Shown here: piece after piece, positions 50,801 through 61,805 of the stretch
How the letters are laid out: every line of letters begins with the position of its first letter
Numbering within the stretch: the stretch's first letter is position 1
Made by a program: the position numbers and the translations under genes
The notes under the pieces: generated by a model
Told to the model about the DNA's origin: nothing
The model's database searches: none
The model's input: only the letters and a program-made list of their open reading frames with translations
Source of the DNA: Heteronotia binoei
Taxonomy: Eukaryota
DNA length: 64,000 bases
Direction: 5' to 3'
Assembly (NCBI RefSeq): GCF_032191835.1
Contig: NC_083228.1
Span: 91,884,001-91,948,000, forward strand

Positions 50801-52041
50801 CCATCATCAGCTGTGAACAATACCAGTGTTTCTAAATGTTGTTTTCCCCACTGTAAACTTTGTCCCCAGCAGTGGCCAGGGATAATAATCAGGTTCATGC
50901 TTCTATGTCTGCAGCATGAAATACTCTGTTTAGATATGTAAGTTATATGTGAGCTGCTGTAAGTCATATGTGAACTGCCACACAGTCTTTACTAAGGTTT
51001 TTGTCTATCTATAAAAACAAGTGTCCTGACAGATCATAAACACCCAGCCCAAATCCCTGGACCTAGAAACCCAAAACTCGGGGAATGCATTCCTTCCATG
51101 ACATCAATACCCACTAAGAAGGGATTTTTAGAAATTCAACCCCTAAGCGGGTAAAAAGGGGTAAAATATGTTTTCCCAATGAGGTAAAGCTTTGCTATAT
51201 GCCTAGCAGCCTGCTGCCTGCTTCTACCCCGCCCCCACCCTGATTCGTTAGGTGTGGAGCTCTATGTTTATTTTATTTTATTTTATTTTATTTTATTTTA
51301 TTTTGTTTTATTTTATTCAATTGTTAGCCCACCCTTCCTCTAGCACTGGCTTAGGTGTTTTGAGGTGGCAATCAGTTAATGGAGATTGCAGTCAGCTGAA
51401 GTATCCCCCTCTCTCAGATTGGTCAGGTGTGGAGCTCTGTGTTATGAGGTAAAAATCAGTTAATGGAGACTGCAGACAGTTGAACAGGTGTCCTAACTGA
51501 TTCATCAATGTCCAGCCCAAACCTCTGGACCTGTGTAATAGCATTGCTAATGCTGCTACTGCTACTGAGAAGGACATAGGGTTGCCAACTCCATGTTGAA
51601 AAATTCCTGGAGATTTGATGGGTGGAGCATGGAAAAGGTGGGGTTTGAAGAGGGGTGGGACCTCAGAGAGATACAATGACATAGACTTCACCCTCCAGAC
51701 CAGCCACTTCCTCCTGGGGAATCACTGTTGCTGATCTTCAGGTGAGGGATGGAGATCACTCAGAATTACAAATATGTCAGAATCGGAGACTGATGTTTAT
51801 TAATTCTAAAGAGTCATAATTTAGAGTCTGTTGTCATGTTCCACTGGTCTCCTCTCAAGCTGGGCTTAAACAAACATATTTTTCTTAGAAGTGTTCTGTC
51901 AGAGAAATCTAATCTAATATGTTGCATAGTATTATGGTCCCACATGAAAGCTCATGCTCTGAATAAAACTTTGTTGGTCTTAAAAATGCCACTGGACTCT
52001 AACTTTGTTCTGTTGCTTCAGACCAACATGGATCTCTCTGA

Positions 52042-52153
52042 GGGTGTGTTCACACTACACTAAATAATGCATTTTGCAACTGGATTTTTGCTGTTCTTAC
52101 ACAGTAAAAATCCAATTCCAAAATGCATTATTTAGTGTAGTATGAACACACCC
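52042..52153. mobile_element. Palindromic MITE, PIF/Harbinger-like
   Basis: Inverted arms of about 35 bp (GGGTGTGTTCACACTACACTAAATAATGCATTTTG) and a 3-bp TSD TGA. Confidence 0.7.
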
Positions 52154-55100
52154 TGAATGTGTTATGTTTAAACTCTGAGTTACCTGGGTAGGTTTTGAAT
52201 TGGGGAAGGGGAACGAAGGGTACATAGAGCAGAGGACGGAGAGGATGCTTAAACTTTCCCTGTTTCAACTCCAATCATCCTTCCTAAGTGATATTTCTCT
52301 GGAAAGGAGATAGTCTAGGATCACTGTAGCTGTCCTATAGGCCTCTTCTAACACTTGAGAAAACAGTTTGGGTACTGGAACTGAAATATGAGCAGAATGT
52401 TAAGAAGCCCTTCTCTTCTGTTGAGACCACATGGTCTCAGAGTTGCTTTGTTAATAAATAATTATTGAAGAAGGAAACCCAGAGTTCCACATAAGTCTGA
52501 GCCTTGAGCTGAATGATATAATAAAAGGTGAGAAATTCCTGGATAATAACTGCATCCTTCCTGCTCTTTGATTGGGGGCTTTCTTTCCTTATGTATTTTT
52601 AAAAGGTGTGTAGAAATAGATCTAGTATATCTCAACATACCATCAGCCTTCAGTGTATGGGATGCATGAAAATATTCCTCATCTCCTTTGCTATGCAAAG
52701 GACCAACTTCCATGATGCCTCAGACCTCCTATAGAAAGTCAGAAAAATAAAACACTTCCTGTAAACATACAGACTTGCAATGGATGCAACATCTCCACAG
52801 GCTAACATTTGCCACAGAGGAGAAATTGCAGCCTGTCGGAATGCCTTCAGCAATGGACAATGACTAAGATCCAGACCAGCATTTTCTTGGGCACAGGGAT
52901 TTCTGCCCAGAGAACAGGACTTTGGGGGTGTCTGAGGCTCCTTCAGTAGGAGGGAGGCAAGAAAACTGAGCTCCATGGGTAGAAATCCTTGCACCTATAG
53001 AAACATAAGTCTGGATGCCAGATAATATTCAGCAGAACCCACTGTGGGCATATTGCAAGAGTCATAAACTTCATCTTTGCCTACTTGATTTTCAATGACA
53101 GGCTGCCATACTGATCCAGTGTGGGAAAGGCAATGGCAAACCACCCTATAACAAAAAGTCTGCTAAGAAAACATCATGATGTGATGTCACCCCATGGGTC
53201 AGAAATAACTCCCTGCTTGCACAGTCACCTTTACCCTCTTCATTTGGGCAAGGAATCACACATGCAACAAAATTAATCAACCAGGGTTGCTTACTCTTTT
53301 TAAAAATAAAAACATACAGTCCATTCATTCAGTTCCACTCTCTCTTTCACACAGGACAAACCACTAGTTATTGCCCTCTCTCTCCCCAACCCATATCGCT
53401 CTATGGCAGCTTCTCCATGGCCATCATTCCCCTAGAGGTATGTCTGAATCCAATTACAGATTATCATGACAGTAGTTTTTGCAGATGTGTTCCAGTAATG
53501 CAGAACTTTTATTCCTCAAGAACTTGCCAACTAATTTGGCTTGCATATTGGCATAACCATGGAAGAAGATTTGCCCCATCTAAAATTTACAGCACACAAA
53601 GTTTTTGTCTTCTTGCAGCAAGAATGCACTACAGCTTCCTTGCCTGAGTCATCTAGGGTGATCTGGCAGGTGTTATCTTTCTGCCACTTCTGGGATCCCA
53701 TCAGCCAGATCTTTCTGAAAGGTGGACTGAGTCAGAAGATGCAATCGGCTCATCTCAAGTTGATGCTAGTGTGCCTACGCTGGGCTCTGGGCCAGCAACA
53801 AGATGAGTCAGAATTAGCAGGATGACAAAAAGAGCTATAACAGAAAGAGGCAGCCACTATGTACCAATCACAAAATGTTTTTTAAAAGGAACCTTTTACT
53901 GGTGGTAGAATAAACTTGTTCATAACATGGGGACATGCCAGCAGCTGGCCTGACTCCAGCTCTTACTTTACTTAGCAAAATGAACATTTAGTTTGGTGTT
54001 ACAAGGAGGTAGCTGATTGTGAAACTAACTGTCCTGTGCTGCATTTTCTGATTTTCTGTTTGAAGAAAAATTGAAGATAAATTCCTATAGCACCTAGATT
54101 ACTAACAGCAGCAACCTGTGAAAACAGTGAATCGTCTTATATATAATTTACATAAGCTACATGGCTAAAAGCAGGAGGAGAAGGTGAGAGAACATCAACC
54201 TTGCCTGTGGAGTGTAAATTGCCTAGTTCAATGTGAGGAAAGCCAGCTTGAGAAGAAGGAATCTTGGCAAAACTTAAATAATCTAAGCTATGCTATTTTA
54301 GGAAATGTGGTTACATGTTCATCCTTCTCCAGAAGAACTTGAGTCTTTGCTATTTGTGCCATGTACTACTTGTGCTTTTCTTTCCTTTTCTGTACCGCCC
54401 ACCTACTAATACAATTTTAAAATCTATATTCTTCCCCAGTCCCCCACCCAATCCAAAGGATGTCCATTGTAGGAATATGCATGAGTGCTAAACTACCATT
54501 GTGAGTAAATTAATGGATAAAAAAAAGGTAGTCCCCTGTGCAAATTGTTTCCAACTCTGGGGTGACGTCGCATCATGATGACATTTCTTTCCAGATCCAG
54601 GTCATATTCCAGAGCCAATTAATGAACACTTTCTGTGCCCTAAACTCTGTAGATAATGAAATTATAATAGGGTCATTTTCTGTTCTGAGAAAGTGAATTC
54701 AAGAGAGGAGTTTGCAGTGTGACAACTGCAGCTTCTCATGTCCCTGCGTTTTTAGTAGTTTCTGTGTAGAGTTCAGATCTCCAAAATTTATAACAAAGTT
54801 GAATATAGCAATCAAGTTTATTCTTCAGTAGCACACAAACCCAGTTTTGACTGCCTTATTTTATCAATGTATGATTCTTTCTTTCTAAATTTTTTCCCAA
54901 TACTAGGAAAGGTTAAATAGCTGTTTGTGAAAGTATTTACAAATGGAGATTCGTGAGGGTTATTTCCCTGGTTTTCCCCTCCACTACCCCTTGTTTCCTA
55001 TGCTTGACACTGATGTTTAAAGATTTTTTTTGCCAAACCAGATGGACGAAGTCAGTCAAGCTGGGAGGAAAATACTGAAACCAACTGAGTGTGGGAAGGT

Positions 55101-55662
55101 AAGGAGAGGGTGGCAGCAGCAAGAGCTTAGCTTCCATTTTGTTCAAACTAGAAGTGTTCAATAGTATATCAATGTTTGGTTAAAGTATGGTAGCCATGTA
55201 ATGACTAAGAGACTGATAGAAACATTTGCCTAGTTGTTCTGGCCTGTGATCATGGCTCACAACCGCAGAAATGCACTAAGCTACATTTAAAAACAGAAAA
55301 GTGGAGAGAATGCATTCCACTGTACACATACAGAGAACCTAAAATAATCTGTGCCTTTACATAATCAAGATGGAAAGGAAGAGAAATGCCTCTGTAAAAT
55401 CAAGATTCCAAGGTACAAATGACCCAATCTAGCAAGTCTGTCATCGTTAAATCCCAATCATATCAAGAATACTTAAGTTGCTCATGACTAAGTTCCTAAT
55501 CAAAGCAAATAGAATAAGATAAATTGAGAAGCTCTCAAGGAGATGGGTATCACTGGGAGTTGGGAGAAGTAATATTTTACTTCCAAAGAACTTTGAACAT
55601 GAGCTATAAATACATGGCAAAATCTCTTCTATTTCACAATGTTCTTGGTTTATTCTCTAGAG

Positions 55663-56169
55663 CAGGGGTCCCCAACCCCCGGTCCGTGGACCGGTCCTAA
55701 TCTGTGGTCTGTTAGCAACTAGGCCATGAGTTGTCTAATTATTTCATTATATATTATAATGTAATAATAATGATGATGATGATAATGCACTGGATTTATA
55801 TCCTGCCTTCCACTCTGAATTTCAGAGTCTCAGAGTGGCTCACAATCTCCTTTATCTTCTTTCCCACACAACAGACACCCTGTGAGGTGGGTGGGGCTGA
55901 GAGTTCTTACAGCAGCTGCCCTTTCAAGGACAACTCTGCGAGAGCTATGGCTGACCCAAGGCTATTTCAGCAGCTGCAAATGGAGGAGTGGGGAATCAAA
56001 CCCGGTTCTCCCAGACAAGAGTCCACACACTTAACCACCACACCAAACTAATAGAAATAAAGTAGTGTACAATTGTATCATCCCCAAACCATTCCCTCAC
56101 CCCCAGTTCCCTGGAAAAATTGTCTTCCACAAAATCGGTCCCTGGTGCCAAAAAGGTTGGGGACTGTTG
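55663..56169. mobile_element. hAT-Charlie non-autonomous element resembling MER1/Charlie3, interrupted by a SINE
   Basis: Termini CAGGGGTCCCCAACC and GGTCCCTGGTGCCAAAAAGGTTGGGGACTGTTG. Perfect TSD CTCTAGAG (55655-55662, 56170-56177). Confidence 0.88.
55775..56050 (-). mobile_element. tRNA-derived SINE nested in a Charlie-type element
   Basis: Same family as 18526-18803, with a (CAT/TAT)n tail. Confidence 0.85.
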
Positions 56170-58489
56170 CTCTAGAGCATGCCCCAGCACTCAGAATCAT
56201 CACTGAATGCAAATTCTTCAGAACATAAATTCTTGGATGTCAGAAGACATTTTAGCATGGCATGCCAATGCTTGTATATCCCTGCTTCTTTGTGTCTGCA
56301 TGCACCCTTCCCCCTGGAAATCTGCACCAACATTAAGGCATCCTGTTCTGTGAAACAAAAGTGTGGATATAAGCAGTGAATGTGTTTTCACCAAGAGAAG
56401 TCACACATTTTATATTGCACAGGAAAACTTTTATATCTCATAATATTCACTAGCTGATTTTTTCTCTTAGAATTTTAAATTTACCCTTAACTTTTTTGCC
56501 TGCCCAGACCACATTAACAAAGTTAGAAGCTTTCAAGCAGGATTAGTTTTCTTCTTGGTTATTATAATACCTTTATATATATTTTCTCTCCTTCATAGCC
56601 TACCTTTGAAACAAGTAATAAGGTGGAAAGCATAGTATGGAGTTCATGGGACTGTAGACAAATGTTGTTTGCAAAAAGAATTATACGAATATGAGACTTG
56701 ATTGTTCATTCACACTGCAGTATGAATTTCAGAGTTTAAAACTGGACAGACAATCTGTCTTTCTCATACACATGTTAATTTCAAATGGGCTTTGGAAATG
56801 GAAACTGACATCCCTTTCCAGTTTGCAGAAGTTACCGGAGAGGGAGGGAGAAGGAATCTTCTTCCCAGCCCTCTTGTTTTTGTGAAATGAGTGATGTGTT
56901 GCTAACCTTTATCATCCACTTCTAGCCCATCCTTAAAAAAAAGTTTGTAGGTGCTTGGGGCCAGTTTAATCCCCACAATAGCCCTGTAAAGTGGGCCAGG
57001 CTGAAAAATAAAGATAGGTCCAATGTCCCCCATGCAAACTTTATGGACGAGTTGGATCTAGAACCTGGGTCTGCCCAGTCCTAATCCAACAGCCTAAACA
57101 TTATGGCACACTTGCTTCATGTTTGCTATCTTGTAGCCTTCCTTAATCAAAATTCAGGAATGACAGAATAGCAGGCAAAAAATGCCTTACCCATTCATTA
57201 CAGGTGTCTAGAAAGAAAAACAGAAGTTCTTGCTTTTTGGAGGGGGAGAAAAAACAATAGCAAAAGAGTGCTTCATTGTATCTTTGAGCAGTCATAGAAA
57301 TCTGCAGCAGGAGATACCTTCAGGCAGCCTGCAGAAGTAGAGGACCCATAAATAGAGGACACCACCACCACTGAAGTCCTGAACAAGATTACATTGCTAT
57401 CTAGCAGTTGTGCTGGAAGCTAGTTGATGACATGCACATTGTCAGAGTGACAGAAGGCCGAGAGGCCAGTGATGGAAGGTCATATTCAATCAGTGACTCA
57501 CTCCCTGGGAAGAACATCAGGCAGAGATATGGTTACATGGCTATGGCCGGTGATGCTGTCAAGTGAGATGAGGGACTGGAGTGACGCACTGAGTCAGGTG
57601 CCAGAACACCCATCAGAGACACCCACTCACCCAAGACATTCGCAATATAGTCCTCTGACGTTAACATGCCTCGCTGTTGTCTGCTTTTCCAGAGTCCCAA
57701 AGGTAACTTGATTGTTTCTTTGCTGGATTTGAAAAGGTCGCAAACATTTTTTACTGTTATCAAGACATTTGATGATGCAGTAGGTGCCCTTTTGTGCTTA
57801 GCACCCCAATAAGCAATATCCATGGAGGCAGTCCTCCCATAACTGAAGGCTGCATCTTAAGCAGGCACCAGTATGTGACATCATTGCCCCCAGACTTTAA
57901 ATCTTTTCATAGCTTTATGAGCAATAATGTCCAAGAGATTGGTTTCTACAAGCCACTTTTTCTTGGTGATGACTAGAGAGAGTGGTGTAGTGGCTAGAGT
58001 GCCAGACTCAGATCTGGGGGAGCTGAATCTGAACCTCCCTCCCCTTCTGTGGAACCTTTCTGGGTTGACCACTCACACACTCTCAGCCTGACCTACCTAA
58101 TAGGATTGTTGTGAGGATAAAATGGAGGAAAGGAGAACAATGCAAGCCATTTTTGGGTCCCACTGAGGAAAATAACAGGGTATGCATGAAGTAATAAAAT
58201 AAAATTACGGAACTGATTTCAAACGAAAAACATCCAACAGTATAAACTCCTGTTGTAGTATTTAGATTTCCAAGGCTTTAAACAAATTCAATTCCCTGTA
58301 CAACTCAAAAATTAAGGCTGTAATGCTGTGTGTGCTTATTTGACAGCCCCACTGATCTCAGTGGGACTTCTGAAAACCAATGCATATGACTGGGCAAGCC
58401 CTCACTTCAAAAATGGCAGAGGTGACATCTCAAAGGGTTGGTGTGACATTAAAGAGAAGCAGGAAGAAATGCACACTGGCAGTCTTAGC

Positions 58490-58688
58490 TGGGATTTTTT
58501 TTAGTAGAGAAAGCCCAGCAGTAACTAATTTGCATATTAGGCCACACCCCTGCCATCACCACTATTTTGCACAGGACTTTTTTTGTAGAAAAAGACCATC
58601 AGAAACTCATTTGCATATTAGGCCACACCCCTGATGCCAAGCCAGCTGGAAATGCGTTCATGTGCATTCCTGCTCAAAAAAAGCCCTG
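58490..58688. mobile_element. hAT MITE, CAGGGCTTTT family
   Basis: Perfect TSD GTCTTAGC (58482-58489, 58689-58696). Two ATTTGCATATTAGGCCACACCCC modules. Confidence 0.85.
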
Positions 58689-59763
58689 GTCTTAGCTATG
58701 GGGCAATTGGAGCAGTCGCCCTGGGCACTGCTGAACACCAGCATCATGCTGGTGTTCAGCCCTGGGTTGCTGCTGCCCTTTCTGATACAACTCCAGGCAC
58801 AGTGAGGGACAGAGACTAGGGGTGGGCTCAGCTGTCTCTGCCTGCCCCCAGAGTGCCTAAACAGCCAGCCAGCTTTGCACACCATGCTGCGGCTGCATGC
58901 TAGGAAGTCAACATATATATCCTTCCCTGTGCATATTGTATGACACTGGGCTCATGGATTTCATTTGGAAGGGTCTGTGTGGCATAGGTCCCAAGTTTGG
59001 TTCATGGCGTCTGCAGTTAGATGATCTCAGGGAGCAGGTGGTAGCAAAGACCTTTCTCTGCCCAGTACAGTGGAGAATTGTTGCCTGCCAGAGCAGACAT
59101 CAGTAAGCTAGATGGACTAAACATCTGACTCAGTAGAAGTCAGTTTCAGATTTGCCAAGGAGGTCTTTTTATTGCTGGATCTCTACCTGTCCTTTGTCTC
59201 ACACACATGAAAGCACAATGGCTCAACCCCCAAGTTCTATTGCTATGCAATAGAAATTAAAGAAACTGGTAGCAATTCCCTCTGTCTGGTCACAAACTGC
59301 CACAAGCTTTGATCTCATTTATCATCTGCATAAAATTAAATTTCAATAACGTCCATGAAAATAAAGCCAGATCTTCGGTCCACTGTTGCCACTTTCTGTT
59401 GCCAGTTGCATTCCAGAACACTGTTATACTTACACATTACATTTATTTAAATGGTTGTATATTTTATTATGTTTATATCTTGCCTTTCTTTGTTGATGGA
59501 AGTTGAGATGGCTTAAATGGGATTTCTCAAATGTCTTCTTCTCCAGGCACTGACCAGACCCACAACTCTTTAGCTTCAGCAAGGTGGCTGCAAAATTGCC
59601 CCTTCAATTATTCTTTAAGATTACAAAATACTTGGCTTTTTAATTTCACTTATGCTAAGTGCTCAGAGTCTTTCAGAAACATTGCACCACTCGGCAAACA
59701 TACAACTGCAGATCAGCCTGACCTACTTTACACGCATGTTGTGGGGATGAAATGAAGGAGAAT

Positions 59764-59975
59764 GGGGAGGGACAGTGGCTCAGTGGTAGAGCATCTGCTT
59801 GGTAAGCAGAAGGTCCCAGGTTCTATCCCCAGCATCTCCAACTAAAAGGGTCCAGGCAAATAGATGTGAAAAACCTCAGCTTGAGACCCTGGAGAGCCGC
59901 TGCCAGTCTGAGTAGACAATACTGACTTTGATGGACTGAGGGTCTGATTCAGTATAAGGCAGCTCCATATGTTCA
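59764..59975 (+). mobile_element. tRNA-derived SINE, same family as 21367-21586
   Basis: Near-identical sequence to 21367-21586. Confidence 0.85.
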
Positions 59976-60688
59976 ATTATATATGCCATTTGAGTGCCTA
60001 TTGGGGAGAAAGGCAGGCTATACATGAAGTAAAATAATAATAATCCTTTCTTCCATGGAAGATAGTGGTATTGGCAAAAAGAGCTCTCCCATTGGCTGCA
60101 CTCCATTAACCACTGACCTGTCAACCACCAATTGCCCCACTGAGATCACAAAAGTGTGTGCTTGCAAACAGTGTTTATGTTGGCTGCTTTGTGACAGTGC
60201 ATTTGCTTGTGTGTTCACTTTCAGCCAGCTGATGGGGGATGAGGAAATGAAGTGAAATGAAGCTTGTGTGTTCACTTTGCAGCCAGCTGATGGGGGATGA
60301 GGAAATGAAGACTGTATTTGGGGGAACTGCACTGCTGTGTTTTTATTTTTTTTTGGGGGGGGGGGGAGGAATGGGAGAATCTCCTGGCTCCACACCCAAA
60401 GTCTCCCAGCTCCAGCCCTTAGTTCCCCAGGTATTTTCTGAGTTGGACCTGGAAACCCTACAACCAAGTTTGATTCTGTTGGTGAAAGGCAGAAGAAGAA
60501 GAAGAAGATGACATTGGATTTATATTCCACCCTCCACTCAGAGTCTCAGAGCGGCTCTCTTCACTACACCAAATTTCTGCACTACACCAAGCTGGCTCTC
60601 TTCTCTCCACTACACAAAACTGGCTCAGGTGGAGAAGGCCAAGACTATTTTGGCCTCTGAGGGAGACCTCCTTGTGCCCAGTCCTTAC

Positions 60689-61805
60689 TAGGGTTGCCAG
60701 CTCCAGGTTGGGAAATTGTGGTGGAGTCTACAGAAGCTAGACTTTCAGGAGCGGAGAGGTCCCAGTTGAATATAATGTGTTAGAGTCTACCCTCCAAGGC
60801 AGTTATTTTCTCTATGGGAAAATAGCTCTGTTGTTTGGAGTTCAATTGTGATACCAGGAGATCTTCAGGCTCCACCTGGAAGTTTCCTACCCTAGGCATG
60901 GCAGCACCCTCTGGTGACTTGATGCCATCTGACTGGCATGACTTAACTAGGTCTAGCTGCTTGCTCCTGTTCAGCATCAACTCCCCCCCCCCCCCATGCC
61001 AGTCACTGTGATGTGGCAGTCAGTGTTTCAGAGCAGGGTCTGCCAGACCAGATTTCTACTGTGGAAGCTGACCAGGTGTTTTAGGATGACCTACATACAT
61101 TCAGCCTAACCTAACTCACAGGGTTGTTGTTTGAATAAAAAGGGGGAGAGGAAAATGATGTACGTTGCTTTGGTCCCCACTATGGGGAAAGACTGTCCCC
61201 TTTTCCTAGATAGAGGTTGCAGAGAGGGGAGAGAAAATGGAAAGCTGAAATCAGAGGAGCAAATAAAGGTAGACTGATGGTTGGCTGGGAAGGAGAGAGG
61301 GTTGCTAACTCTAGGTTGGGAAATACCTGGAGATTTGAGGAGAGGAGTCTGGAGATGGTGGCTTTGAGGAGTAGGAACTCAGACAGGTACAATGCCATAG
61401 ACTCCACCCTCCAAACCAGCCATTTCCATATGCCAATCTCCGGGTGAGGCTTGGAGATCACTCAGAACTACAACTGTTCTCCAGATAGGCAGATATCAGT
61501 TTCTCTGGAGAAAATGGTATGCTCTGAGTCATTATACCCTGCTGAGGTCACTCCCCATGACAACCATGTGACGTGGCAGTTGGCACTTCAGAGCAGGGTC
61601 TGCCAGACCCAGGTTCTTGCTGTGGAAGCCAACCGGGTGATTTTGGACCAGTCACAGATTTCAGCCTAACCTGCTTAGCAAGGTTGTTGTGCAGATCAAA
61701 AAGGGGAGAGGAGAATGATGTAAGCTGCTTTGATCGCCACTGTGGAGAAAGACTGTACTTTCCCTAGGTAGAGGCTGCAGAGAGGATGGAGGAGATGGAA
61801 AGCAT
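60689..61805. repeat. Old local tandem duplication (period about 560-610 bp) of an hAT relic plus SINE plus flank
   Basis: CAGAGCAGGGTCTGCCAGACC... and the post-SINE flank GACTGT..TTT.CTAG.TAGAGG.TGCAGAGAGG...ATGGAAAGC occur twice, each preceded by a GGTTGC hAT relic. Confidence 0.65.

Noticed and set aside
43462-57823. ORFs 43476-43790, 46536-46721, 49646-50197, 52650-52994 and 57533-57823 as exons of one upstream gene (e.g. CAMTA1, MRPL51, TRAF3IP1)
   Set aside because: No recognisable homology, and the joins I tested between candidate splice sites did not give a continuous frame.
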